Below, in pieces: positions 12,240 to 25,399 of a DNA stretch of 64,000 bases. The stretch comes from Dicyema japonicum. Taxonomy: Eukaryota; Animalia; Dicyemida. The notes under the pieces are model-generated. The model saw nothing but the letters and a program-made list of their open reading frames with translations. It did not search any database and was not told the origin of the DNA. Positions within the stretch are counted from its first letter, which is position 1; each line of letters starts with the position of its first letter. The stretch covers positions 495,712-559,711 of the forward strand of contig RDEW01000007.1 in the NCBI GenBank assembly GCA_011109175.1. Direction: 5' to 3'. Made by a program: the position numbers and the translations under genes.

Positions 12240-13318
12240 CAGTCGAACCTAGAAAATTGGACAATCTTTGAAAAATTTTCTAAGAAAAAAATCCTATTCT
12301 CCTTATTAATCGACCAACTTTTAAATTGGCCTTTTGATACAAATTTGAAAAAAAATTTAAAAAAATTTTAGCACATGTCTTCGAATGATTCTCGTGGACG
12401 CTACTCTTCATTTTTAATGAAAAAACTCGAATTGTAAATTATAAACAAAAAAATGATGCTTCGTGCCAGGAGTTAGCTGATAGATTCTTGCACTTTATCA
12501 AGACGAAAAACAATAAATAATCTTTTACTGTAGAAAGACATTATTTTGAAAGATTATAAAAAAATATCAACTGTAATTAAAGCTGCACATAAACCAAAGT
12601 TTTCAAAGCTTGAAGAGAACTTGGTAGAATGGATGTAAATAGTAGGGTCTAAAGCAGTGGTTCTCAACCTGGGGTCCGCGAACCTTTATTTATCAGAGTA
12701 TGTTTGTCGACAACCGTGCCTCAAAAAACAACATCAACCTTCTCATTAATTTTATTTCCTTTTTTAATAACAAATTGTGTTTTTAGAAAAGTAATAATTT
12801 TTTGACAAAAAACTTGCAAAAGTATGTTGAGAGTTCGCGAAATTTTTAATTCACTCACAAGGGGTCCGCGACCAAAAAAGGTTGAGAACCATTGTTCTAA
12901 AGGTATTTTTCGAAAAATCAATTTCTTAGGTTATCTGAATAATGATCTACCAAGGCAGCATTTTTGTATTTAATGAAAATTCTCTAGAAGAATCAGAAAA
13001 TAGTGAACAAGAATCGGAAAAAATAAGACCTGTAGGCAAAAAAGATATTGCAGTTAGATTTACTGCAATAGAGAGGGAACTCAGCCAATGTTGAGAATGA
13101 AGTTTCACTGTTTTTTCTTCAATAATAAAGTACAAAGCAAAAAAATAGTCAGGAATTAAATTTTATTTCAATAAAACTTAAATACGTTTTTTGTACATTA
13201 AGGAATTTTTGAAAAAATTCTTATTTAATTGTTCTTCAAAATTATTGATTTTTATTTTTTTCAAATTGGCCACAAAATTCTAAGGAACCAAAAATGGCCA
13301 ATTTACGAGGGTCGACTG
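12240..13318 (+). mobile_element. Internally deleted pogo/Tigger DNA transposon
   Basis: TA|CAGTCGAACCTAGAAAATTGG ... CCAATTTACGAGGGTCGACTG|TA, giving TIRs and a TA TSD. A CENP-B-type HTH remnant reads KPKFSKLEENLVEW. Confidence 0.85.
12655..12894. mobile_element. hAT (Charlie/MER5-like) MITE nested in the pogo element
   Basis: TIRs CAGTGGTTCTCAACCT / AGGTTGAGAACCATTG; 8-bp TSD GTCTAAAG / TTCTAAAG; subterminal GGGGTCCGCG repeats. Confidence 0.92.
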
Positions 13319-13599
13319 TATTTATTGCTGGAGACCTAAATCCTTGGAGTCCGCAGATGACCTAGACTTAATTGAGATCGCTAAAGAGAGCTTGTAAGAT
13401 ATTGATATCTAATATATGTGCTGCACAGAATATATGTGCTATGGCTGTTGTGAGAGTGCTTATATTAATACAAACCATGTCAGTCCCCAATTCAGCTTAT
13501 TTTTAGTTGTGGATTTAATGAAATGCTAAGTTTGGGTGTCTTCTTCTCAGTTCGTTTTAGAGATTCATGAAAATGTGCTTGACATTTATCTCTTAAAAC

Positions 13600-16050
13600 T
13601 CCGAGGTGGCTACAGCCTTCATATTCATCTAGAAAATATTTTTTATAGACTCCAGGTTTGTCGCATATTTTTTGATTTTCTTCAAGACTGGCAACTCTGA
13701 ATTACTTATCGATGTCATCTACCATTCTCACAAATGTATCTTCTATTTATGCAAAGTATTTTTAGGTCATCGATAAATTAAGGGTTTCGCATGCCTGAAA
13801 TCTCACAATTTTGTTATCGAAATACAACAATAAAAATAAAGAACATCTGTTACTATAGCAACTAATTAAATGTATCCATCTTCCACAGGTGCAGAAGCAG
13901 AGAGACCTATCAATATGACACAAGTCCATCTCATGAAAACATCTAGTTTTTTCAGTTGGAGACCCCTTCCAAGTAATGGAGTGGAAAAGAGAAATGATCA
14001 ATTTTCGCACTATCCTGGCATTAGGAGTCACCTAAGACCGGTAGATTGCGTACACCAATGTGGTAGAATGAGAAAAGATAAGAAATATAAAAAGGGAGAG
14101 AAATATTCACCAAGTAACCAGTGGGGAATCAAATTCAGTACCTTTGTTATAGTTAACCATAATTTTTTGATCTGAGATATAAAGAGTGCCCATGTATCCC
14201 ACAAAGACTCTTGGAGACAACAAAATACTAGGACCCAGGCCTCCTGAGAGCGGCGTTCAAATTGCTCTGAAAGAGACTATCAGAATGGGACTCCCTCAAC
14301 TGATGTGGACACAGAGAAGTCGGATTAAAGTGAAGGATCTCTGGTAGCGACTTGATTTGATGACGGACTTCCTATGGTTTCCAGCTACGTGTTAGCTAAG
14401 CAAAAAATTACTCGGAAATATGAAATGCAACAAATTCCATGCCTTTTTAACTTCTTGGTTCGAGGAAGAAGATTATTTTAGCGAGACAAGGAAATTCCAT
14501 TGAGTACTAAAGACGACGTTTGAGCTGTTCAGGAGATCAAAACAAACCAGAATCATTTGAAAGATCCACGTGATTAGTTGGTGTTGTTCTCAATTTCACT
14601 TCCGGAAGTTAAATTTTTGTTAGCAACCAGTTTCCTTCATCTGAGGGAGCCTCATCTACACTACATAGCTTTAAGAATTATGGGAGACATCCTTCCCTTA
14701 TACTTTTTATTACCATATTTTGGTTCTGCATATCAAGTGACTACCATATATCCGTGTTCTATCACCTATTCACGAGACTGGGAGATTCACTGACTCCCCT
14801 GGTGAATCTCCCAGTGAATCAACTGAAACTTATTTTATCCTGCTACTTTCGAATGGCGAACGCTTAAGAATCTTTTCATCATCCTTCAAAATCAATAGAT
14901 GAACAAATTCTCCTTAACACGTGCTCTTTATGAACCCATTGGTGATACTCCTGAGATCCAAAGATCTCCCTACTTGGTTCTTACAAAGCGTTATTCCCTC
15001 TTATTTTTATGTAACATATTAGTTCAACTTATCGTAAGTCAAGTCCGGACCCTGGTCATGCTTCTAAGCAACCCGAGTATCAGAAGAGAAGGAAGTACCG
15101 AAGCATTTCGGAGGATCACTTATTTGTCCCATTTGATGTTGACACGTCAGGAAACCTTGCCCCACAAGACGACCTAGTCCTTCGGATCGGATCAATAATC
15201 CAAAGGGTCACCAAGGATCTACGTGAAACTGGATGTCTTTGAGAGCGTGTCTCGATAGCTATCGTCAGAGGAAACAGCCTGGCCATTCAAGCTCCTTAAA
15301 TTAAGTTTATAAGTTGTTTTTTAATCAGTGACAGAGAATCGATCACCTTGGTCGATCACCTTTCAGCAGATTAGGAAATTGTAAAGAAGACATCAGAAGG
15401 TTTTTTCCACACATTGAGATATCGTCACTACGTAAAATGAGTCATCCATATCTCCTCTAAAGCTAGCTCAGCTGAATAGTACAAGAATTTGATCGCAGAT
15501 CCGATAAAATCCTCGCTATTTATTCACTTAAAGTCCCAATTGCCTCATTTCACATAAGAAAGGTCCAACATACTTTACAAGTATACTCCTGTGATCGGGA
15601 GAAGCTAAATTGGTAGTCTCTTACGTGCATCTGACTTATGATCCTCGAAGATCTGACAATTGTGGGCCGGATGGAATTCGACTCAGTGCATCCGACTCAT
15701 CCTTTGTTCAGAGTATTTTTTGATGTCCGCCAAGTCTGTCACCTCAGCAATATTCATGAGAAGACAAGATCTGTAATTCAAGCAAAGTAGACATTTCGTC
15801 CAATAGAGGTATGTCACCACCTCGACCTTTTGACGGATTAAGACGACCTATAGATTTTTGAATAACCAGAACTGGGACTTACTTTAAAGACAGGTACCTT
15901 GAATCTCAAATTGTGCCTCGTGGTCAGTTCAAAAAGATAAACCTAGGGTGACAACGTATGTCCATTCCCAACCAACCTGAAAGGTATGTCCTGGACCCAA
16001 AATCGTTGATGGGCTAGAACCCCGTTATGCTGGGTTTTTACTTCATTCGC
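13600..16050. mobile_element. Heavily degraded repeat debris, probably LINE-derived
   Basis: No gene structure; carries the dispersed motifs at about 14565 and 15800-15850. Confidence 0.35.
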
Positions 16051-16449
16051 TAGCCAAGCAAAGCTTAAAATTCATTTTTTTTCTATCAAAAAATCAGGAA
16101 AGGGAGAATTTAAGAGAGGATCTTATCGATTACTAAATCCCAGTAACTGAAGCAGAAATGAAGGAAAAGCCATCTAATTAAATGACCCGTACTTCACCAG
16201 TAACTTTAGGATTCTTCAAAAATGACTCGGCTTACAGAGGAAGCCATCACTTCAGAGATGAGCAATTCCCTGACTTGGTTGAGAAGATTGCTTTGTCGCA
16301 GGCAGAAAGGGAAGAATTTCAATTAACAAGTGAAATTAAAATAATGAGAATAAAAAAATATATTTTTTATAAATTAAAAAAATTAGTTGTCATAAATAGA
16401 AACAATAAATAAAAAACAAGACTTATAAATTTATATTTATTTGTTGTTC

Positions 16450-19179
16450 ATGGACGATGCATCCACAATTACTTCTAGCAGCAGCCATACTGAAGAAGAA
16501 AGCGTAGTCACCGAGAACAACGGGCTAAGTCGCTCTGTAGAGTTTGTCAAGAGATTACGAGTACGATTCATTTTAAAGCTTACAGACGCATTTGAGGGAT
16601 TCTCCCGAAATATTCGAGATTTTTATGGATTTGGTTCAAAAATATATCAACGATAAAAAAGAGATGGACAGTACTGAACACAGGGAAGTCGAGAGAGAGT
16701 TTATAAACACTGTGGGGACTTTATTCAATGATTCCGAGCTAATTGCTGAATTTTCATGCCTTATACCCGAAATTTGGCGCCTATTATGCGCGGGATTTTC
16801 AGACGATTCTGATTTCGCGGGTTCTTTCAAAAGGAGCGTCTCAAATGGTTTCTTAGAACACAGATTGGATGACCAGCAACGGATTAAGAATCTCTGGCTG
16901 GGAAAATACGATTTTTCTAACGGAGCTTACCCATTTTCCCCAAGAAAAGTACCGAAAATTGACAAAGTGTGGCATTTTGCTTCAAAAGGCGCCAAAAATA
17001 AAACGGAATCATCCATCAATTGTACATCAGACTGTACTTTTTCAATATTGTACGAAATACTGTGCACAAGTCACTATACGAACATTTTATCCGCCACATA
17101 GCACTTTACATGGACGGTGACATTACCCACGACCAGTTGGTGTCTCAAGTTACCAAGATCCTCGGGTAAGCCTGGTAATTTCACCTAAAGCTCATTTCCA
17201 GACATTCTGAGTCAATTTAGACAGAAACTGTGGGATTGGGATAAATTTTCTGACAAATTACAGGAAATCCCGCCAAAACAGCCTGATCCTATCGATCTCT
17301 GTCCCAGCTATAAACGGAGGTGCAATAAGATTCCGGACTCCTCCCTCTTAAACACCCTCTACGTATGCACAGCGACCAACGACTCTGAGAGGAGTGAGAG
17401 GAACACCTCCAAGAGGAACTACCACGAAGAACAGATAATAAAGTACAATTTGGAGTGACCCCAGATGTGATGACGACCTTGTTGACTACGATCATATGAT
17501 TGATGCCACCTCCGACGCCTTTCTAGACCTGAAACGAGCATGGCTGAGGTTCATGACCATGGAGACCAAGGATTTCGAGCTCGAATCTCCGTTGCTGATC
17601 CTCCAGGTGCTATATATAGAACAGAAGAAAGTCAATGTCAGAAATAGCAAGCTGACACCTACGGAAAACTACAATATTCTTTTTAAGGAGCCCTTTACTA
17701 TTCTCCCGGATCTGTTGTATCGGTACCCTTTAATGTTGACCCAAGGTTCTATAATTTAAGGAAAGATCTTATAAATAAGAAGACTGGTGCTTCAGAGGAC
17801 TGGCAAATAATCCACAAGAGGTCATACTTCAAGGCAATCGACCGAAAGTACGCAGTATTCAAGACCAGTGACCAGAAGTCGTACTCTATGCGCTTTCTTT
17901 TGAAGCAAATCCGCTCGAATTATGTATATTGGTCATTAATTTGACTGTAGAGTCGCTCTGGGCCTCACAACACGGACAATGTCCACATTCGACTGGAATA
18001 CTCTGATAAGAGAGTGATCCTTGACCTCTCGGAGCTTATGATCTTTTACTTGAGTCGACAAAATGGTGAGTTTTATATTTATTCTTAGTCCCAGAGGATG
18101 TTCTAGAAAATTCTAGGAAAATTCTACTCAAGTTCATACCACATTTGTTTGGTTTCCAAAGGGACAGTTCGTTCCTGCCGACTACGTTATCAGATGAGGT
18201 TGGTGGTTCATTTATTACTATTAGATGACGTCATCAGATGATGTGTTTTATGGGAATTCTCATTGGTATTGCTTTTTCCGTGTACACAACATGCTGTGTG
18301 AACGGCTGAGTCTGCTGCAGTCTCTGGCCACTCGTATCCCATGCCACGATGCATACATTGACCCCGAAAAAGAGTTTTTTAACGAGCAGTTCGGGCACCC
18401 GAGTCGAGGTTTGTTGGAATTATTATTAAGAATTTGTTCCCCCTGAAGTGCTCTATCTTCACTGTATTGACTTTATCCAGCAATTTATTGGTGGGAAGAT
18501 CGAATCTGGCACTTTTGAAGACAAGGTTAGGATGACCTTAGGAGTCAATGCCCACAAGATCTTCACGATTGACAAAATCCTTATGGCTGCTACCAAACAT
18601 GTTGATTTTTGATTGTATTGCTAGCTTTTGCAGATTGTCAGCTCCGAGTTCTCAGAGGACTCCTCTCTCACTAAGTATATGGATCTTTATAAGAAATTTG
18701 CCAAGAATGGCTTTTACCTCTACTGTGCTCGCAAAAGAGAAGATTTGTACAAATTATCTTTTGGCGGGAAATTTTTGTCATTAAATATGTCATACTTGCC
18801 CGCCAATAAAAGAATTATGCGGACTGAGCCAAAAGTGAGAGTGAAGAAAGCCTCTTATCCCTTTCTTCGGAAGAATCTATTACGATCTCATAGAGTTATA
18901 CAGCAGAAATGTAGTCTGGAGCAGTATTTACACAACGGTTTGGCTGATGGTGATATTTGGTAGAAATCGAATATCTCGAGGAATATAATGCCACTGGATC
19001 ATGGGCGAAGCTTATGGTTGTTCGTAGAAAGTCTAGATTTGGATCACGAGTTCAGGTAAGGTGACTGATAATGCGAGATGAACGAAGAGTGGCTCAGATG
19101 GAATTCGCTCAAAAAGAGCAAGTCGAAGAAACCTAATTGGTACGACACGGTTACTCGTGTTTCGTCCGGTTTATTGTAA
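16450..19179 (+). CDS. SIN3: SIN3 transcriptional co-repressor (PAH2, PAH3, HID, Sin3a_C), about 12 micro-introns
   Basis: PAH2-like SVEFVKRLR|THLRDSPEIFEIF..LIAEFSCLIP; PAH3-like FFNIVRN..LYEHFIR; HID PSYKR..KRNYHEEQIIKCDDD..YFKAIDRK..FKTSDQK; FYGNSHWYCFFRVHNMLCERL; FEDKVRMTLGVNAHKIFTIDK. One frame break near 17010-17042. Confidence 0.92.
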
Positions 19180-19889
19180 CATTTTAAGTGCTTTTTAAAT
19201 TTTTATTTGTTGAATCGTTTGGACTTCTCTTTTGAGGTCCTCAGTTTCTTGGTGACATCAAATGGATCGTTTTATCTTTCTCACTTCATTGTACTATTGC
19301 TTGGAGAAGTTCCCACAACCAGTGTTCTAGATGGACCTGTGGTTGGAGGGGTTTGTCTCTCTGCAACTGGATACCCTTAAATAGAATCTCGTCTATTTGG
19401 ACGTACATCATTGACTTTGTCACCTGGTCCATGCTCACAGGAGAAGGAAGACGAGGAATTTCAGCCATCATGAAGTAGACATTTAGGTACCTCAACCTTC
19501 GACTAATTAACCACTTAGCTAACCGGGGCCCTTTGAATCAAGGTCACTCTAAGCACAAACTATTTGGGAGTGGATCGAAGTCATTTGTATGCGATGACAT
19601 GGAATGGTGCCATTACTAAGTTCCAAAAGGGTAGATGGATAGAAATACCCCCGTCTATATAAGACAGTCGTGTTAAAGAGCCACTCAAAGATTATATCGA
19701 GACCTCTACTAGAAGTCAACAACAATGGGATGACTTGGATAGGCTCAGATTCGAAGACTTCCAAGAATCCGAATTAGTGGTTTTTGTTAGTAGAAATGCA
19801 AAATGTTAAGGCAACAAATTTTTACTCAAATATGGTCACTCACAAAATCATGATTGCGGTAAAAATCCAAGTAATCGTCATCAAATTCC

Positions 19890-21074
19890 TTAATTTTTTT
19901 TAAAGGACTTTTGCTCAATCCACCAATCCAGACAGTTTAGAGCCGAGGGTTCATGGTGGGGGTAGAACTTATTCGCAAAAATAGCTCGACTTTTTATCAT
20001 TTCGTTCAACTGGAGAGATCCTAAAATACATATTTTTCTGATGTAGATTCCATGGCATGCCCTGGGAAACCACAATTTGAAGCGATTCCCGATTCTATGG
20101 TATTTAGATGAGTCCGACCGCAGTATGGGGATTTTTCCTTGGGGGTTATAGTTTAAGAACCACCTGAATAAGATCCTGGGACGCTGAGGACCTGAGAATT
20201 GAAATTTAAGGTCGAATAGAACGATTCGTCGGGAATTACGGTATTATTGAGCCAATTATACAAAGACGTAGCGGTCTCGTTTTTAACTATAAAACGGACG
20301 AATCCACGTGAAAAAACTCCGTGAACTGGTCCCTTGTAAAGAATCAATCCATACGGGGGTTCAGTTTCTTTCTTGGAATATCTCTCTTTTCTACAAAATT
20401 ACTAAAATCTTACTGAAGCTTCTCCTTTACGCCGATCCAGTTGGCTCCGTTCAGGGCTAACGTGATTCGAACAATTTCACGGTTTGTTTTCAACGGAAAC
20501 TCTTGTCCCGCAAGGTTAATGGCGTATTTCCACGGAACACTCGCCTCCACCAATAATTTCATGCATTGAATTTCTGATTCTATGGTGGAGATTGTCCCCC
20601 AATATACGTAGCACGTGGAGATAACGAAGACATTTTCCAGACATTTTGTAAAGTTTATGACGCTCTGATAAAATTCGGGGGTTGATTTTTTGTCGACATG
20701 AATGCAGTATAGATTGTGTCTCCTGTAAATCGAATGAAGTAATCTTTCTATTTGCTTCGAGTCCCTGAAGGTGACTAAAATGTAAGCGAGCGGGTTTTCA
20801 AGTTCCTCCTCGGAGATTGGGTACGAAAAATATCCACGACTATCTACAAAATCTTGGCAATCCTCGACGTAAATGTTGCCAGAGTACTCGTAGTTTTTCT
20901 CGCCGAGGATTCTGTCGACCTCATGTCTGTCGTTCTTCAACAAGTAGATGCAGCTATTCTCGTACGTAGGGGTGTTAAAATAAATCACCATCGTAAAACA
21001 CAGGCAAATGACAAAAAATAATTTTCCTACCGTTTCAGCACAATCTAACTTGCTTTTCTACAAAATATTTTCAT
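19890..21074 (-). CDS. Core-2/I-branching beta-1,6-N-acetylglucosaminyltransferase (GT14, GCNT family)
   Basis: Type II TM at the N-terminus; EEELENPLAY, LLHSIYRRHNLYCIHVDKKS, WKYAINLAGQEFPLKTN, IPDESFYSTLN, FANKF. Introns of 23, 23 and 26 nt. Confidence 0.93.
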
Positions 21075-21399
21075 CGTAAATACTCACTGTACTTCAAAGA
21101 CCACGTGGTACCGTCCGAGCGAATTGGGTATTTAAATTATCAATTATTGATTTTCATATTTGAGCCACAAAAAGATCAATCAAAAAAATTATTTGTTGCC
21201 AAGATAACTGGCCTCCCGCGTTTATCAGGATTCTAATTAGTTCAAGTGTCTTGCAGTGTTAAGGCACGTTTAAGAGATAATTTTGGCCAATTAGCCATTG
21301 ATTGTTAATTTAAACTGTGCGAGTTGAAACTTTTTATTTATTGCAGATCAGAGAGCCAACAGGTTAGGGAGTCGCTTCGGAATATTATATTTGATCCCC

Positions 21400-21625
21400 T
21401 CATCTCCGAGGCCAGATGTGAACTTTGTGCCCCTTTTTAATGTACTCCGGAGACATTGGAAACCCAAAGATTTAAAATAAGGGTGAACTGGGGTATAGAT
21501 CTGTTGCACTTTGGAGTAGTTCCAGTATACTTGAAGCCTTCATCACCTCAAGGCAGATATGACTTTCATCTCCTTTCTTAATGTACTCCGGAGACATTGG
21601 AAACCGAAGTTTCGAAATAAGGAAG
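21400..21625. repeat. Degenerate tandem duplication, period about 140 bp
   Basis: TTAATGTACTCCGGAGACATTGGAAACC at about 21437 and 21578 with similar flanks. Confidence 0.7.
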
Positions 21626-21901
21626 ATCTTACGCACCAACGCCGGTTCAAATTGGAGGCACTAGAATAAGAACCCCATGTCCTGGAGAGGAACAGGGGAA
21701 CTAGTTATCCCCTTACCGATATAATATATACTACCGCATTGCATCGCTTATCGCAAGGAGGAAAAGGATGAAGATGGAGGCGGTTTGTTGAGCACACTTC
21801 CTTACAAATCGTGGGGGGAATCCAATTTCATTTCTGAGAGGGCCACTCTTGACTGAAAGAACTCACATTTTGTGTTATTTCAAAAAATCAAAATTTATTC
21901 A

Positions 21902-24177
21902 CTAAATAATATCAAGTCTAATATCAACAGAAGCCATATTAACATGAGACCCAAAAGTGAAGCATTGACATCCCCCACCAAATATTCTCAAGACTGTCTC
22001 GTCCTTATTATCTACCTCCACTCTAACCAAGTGAGAATCGTGCAGAAAACAACATCAAGGGAACACCACAAATCTAAAATAAAGACAAATTAATGAACCG
22101 GGAATTCATATTCAATAGTAACCCCCGTGTTTAAATCATAAACTCCCAAACCAGCATTGAGTCCACGTGAGTTGATTCCACCACAAAGTATCAATTTTGA
22201 ATTATAGACATGTGCTGTGTGGGAGAACCTAAATACTTAAATATGACAACCTCTCCTCAAGCTGTGAGGGAACTTTCCGGGAATGAAGCGTTTTAATGTC
22301 CACAACAAACAAGTCAGAAGAGACTGAGTGGTCCGATCGTAATCCACCAAACATATATAACTTTCCACCCCCTTCACAAACTGTATGAGACATCAAGGGG
22401 TCGGGAACTTGCCCAGTCAGTTCGATCTCAAATATAAATTAATCCTCACCTCCATCCACCTAAAGTTGTTCAAATCCAAGGAATAACTCCGTCCACTCAT
22501 ATTGTTCACTCCCCCCAAGCCACCGTTAATGAACAAATAATTTTCTGTGGTAAGTAGACAAAGTAACCAGAATCGAATAGTGTTGACGCAAATCTCCAAC
22601 AAGGAGCAGGGAGATCACCCCAACAACTGAGTTCATCGACTTTGAGAGTATACATGTCATTGTAACCCACATCGACCCCCAATACTGAGTTTAGTGGCTT
22701 TAAAGGAGAGGCACGTCCACCAAAAATAATAATTCTCTTCAATCTTTCGATATAATGGGCCCCAAAAAACAGGCGGGGGAAAGAATTTGGGGGAAGTTCA
22801 CTTTCGTATTTAAAATCCAAGTTATTCCCCAATTCATCCACCATTAATGGTATAACAGCCTTCCCTCTACCTTTAGTCAATTCTCCATAACCCCCAAATA
22901 CCAAATAGACAGGAAGCTGTCCATCACCGCCAAGAATAACACATCGGTGGGCATGATATTTTATGGGTATTGTCTCCAAAAGTAGGAAATTTGTCCCCAA
23001 TGAGAGTTCCTGCTTCAATGTGTTAACGGAGGGAATTTCAAATTCTAGGGGATTATCCAACAGCGAACTCTTAAAGACGGAGAAATGCTCAATTGGAAGT
23101 CTTTTGGAGGCACAGGAGATGAAATAATGGGATATGGTCTGGAAAAACTCCTCAAATTCATCGAAGGGGTCCAAGGAACAAGTTTTTATCTTCACTTCCA
23201 GGGGGACAGAATTGAGATAGACTGACTGAATGTCCTCCGCCTTACACATGTCGAATCCCTAGACTTCGTTTGGAGTAACAAACCAGTTTACGGAATCTTT
23301 CCTTTACTGCTTCTACAGTTGAATACTTCAGGGCTCCGTAAAGTGGTGTCCCCCGGCTCCGAAAGTGCTCAATCCTTGAATTGATCACTTCCCCTACATT
23401 ATTTTACCGAATGTGTCGAAGGGACGGATTTGCTCAAAAAGACAGAACACGAGCTGGTCAAAGTAGGTTTGAGTGATTTTGATGATTTGATTTGAGCTAC
23501 CATATATTCCCAGATAATACTTTTTACTTCCAATATAAGTCAGCACACATTCTGAAAGAACCAACGTAGGTCTCTCCGAGTTGGCCACGTGCGACATGAG
23601 ATCGATCAGTAGGTATGTGTCCCTCATATCAACCCCAATCAGTTTGTACTGAGGCGTATTTAGTACTCAGTTTTATTGAACATTATACGGATAAAATCCC
23701 CCAATTCAACATTTTCGTCGTAATTCACGTGTCTACTGAGCTCAGGAGTTCTCTTAATGATTTTTAATTTCTTATAAATGACGGGCTCGTAGTCGATCTA
23801 GGATGATTTATTCGCATACCTCTATGAAGGTCATGTCGTACCCCTCATCCTTCAGGTTGAAGTAAAGGGTGTCAAACCCGGAACCGAGCACAATTATCTT
23901 GATATTAAAGATCCCACACCTGGCTATTACTGCTGGAAGATAAAAAGTCTCTGACAACCGAATTAACGGCGAAATTTCTCATAAAATATCCGCTTAAATA
24001 AGAAATCATGTTTACTGATTTATGGCGGGACATCGGTTCCGGTATCTTGTAATAAACAATGATATGTAAGGATCTTTAAAGAACCCACGTGTGGCACAGC
24101 TTGACTTACTCACAGATGAAGTGTCGTTTGTTTTTTGCACCTTATATTAAATATAGCAGTACCGTAAATTGGGTCAT
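21902..24177 (-). CDS. LCMT2: Leucine carboxyl methyltransferase 2 / tRNA wybutosine enzyme TYW4 (LCM domain plus Kelch), 12 micro-introns
   Basis: VQKTNDTSSVSKSSCATRGFFKD, PAINHGYFMR, QIIVLGSGFDTLYF, PTLVLSECVLTY, FEQIRPFDTFGKIMIEHF, DPFDEFEEF, IFGGRASP, RFSHTAH, GGGCQCFTFGSHVN. One extra base at 22046-22049. Confidence 0.93.
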
Positions 24178-24329
24178 TTACACGTTAAATATTGTTCTAT
24201 TTAAATTTAAAAACATTTCATTTAAATTTTAAAATATTATATTTTAGTTTTTGTATTGTTAATTCTTATTTTTCTCAAAAAATAAACTGGTTTTTTTGTT
24301 GAGCTGTTGACGTGGCTATTGATAAAAAA

Positions 24330-25100
24330 ATGTCTGTAAAACTCAAGAAGCTAGTGGCAAAGGACATTACCCTCCTCACGTTCAATGGCAGGGGGCTATC
24401 CAAGGTCTGGAAAAGAAAAATCTTGTGCAAAGACCTAGAGAAAGTCAGTTGATATCGGATGCCTTCAGGAGACTAAACTGACTAATGGAGTTGAAGAGCA
24501 TCGTGGAGATCATTACCTTATCTTCCTGTCTAGTGAAGCAAAGCACTATGGCTTGTGGTTTACCATAAGGAATAATTTGGCGCTCACAATATCCCGGTAC
24601 TGGAGCATTAACGACAGGATTGATCCTCTACAACTCAAAATGAGTGATTCTTGCCCCCTGTAATAGTTACCTAGTAATTATAAACGTGTATGTACCCCAC
24701 GGTGGTGGATTGACAGAATCCTGAATAAATTGACGATTTCTACACTGCACTCAACGGTTTATTGTGCATATGAACAATCTTGGTTGATTTTCATTACTGG
24801 AGATCTCGGATCTCTGTGGAAGAAACGTTCACGGGAAGATATGGCAGGGGAGAAGAAACCTGTCAGGAACTTTGCGAACTTTAGCCACGCCAACAAACTA
24901 TACATCTGCAATACGGGTTTCATGCACTCAGTCAGGCGAAAAAACTACGCGGTCGGGTCACAGGACGAGTTCTGACGGTCAAGTTGCCAAAATATACAAC
25001 CACTTTGACTTTACAATATGCTAGTTCATATGGGGATCGATGATAGCTAAACTCTCAGTAAAGAAGCATCTACCCTTGCGAAGATCGAAGGGGGAAACAA
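24330..25100 (+). mobile_element. RTE-type LINE AP-endonuclease remnant
   Basis: LLTFNGRGL, CLQETKL, HYGL, INVY and LYICNTGFMH parallel the N-terminus of the intact RTE ORF. Confidence 0.75.
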
Positions 25101-25399
25101 CAAAATATGCTGAACCACATCCGAGACATCGTAATCTGGACACCTTAAATTGACACCACCCGTGGCTCTGGGTACAAGAAGTATCCTGATACAGAACTCA
25201 GTGACTTACCAATAAACTCACCCCCTCAAGAACCATTGGGTCGAATTCGGAAAATAATGCATACTGCAGACACATTTAACAAACAATGATTCATCTCCTG
25301 GTAAAGTGATTCATCACCGGAAGACCGATTATTATCCCCCTGTCAACAAACAGATGGAAATGTGGATGATACCTAGATACGGTTGGCCTCTTTATCGAA

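Noticed and set aside
17006-17037. GA-AG, GG-AG or 16-nt GT-AC intron in SIN3
   Set aside because: Several equally good solutions exist, including a T-run indel or a 62-nt GT-AG intron; the sequence cannot decide.
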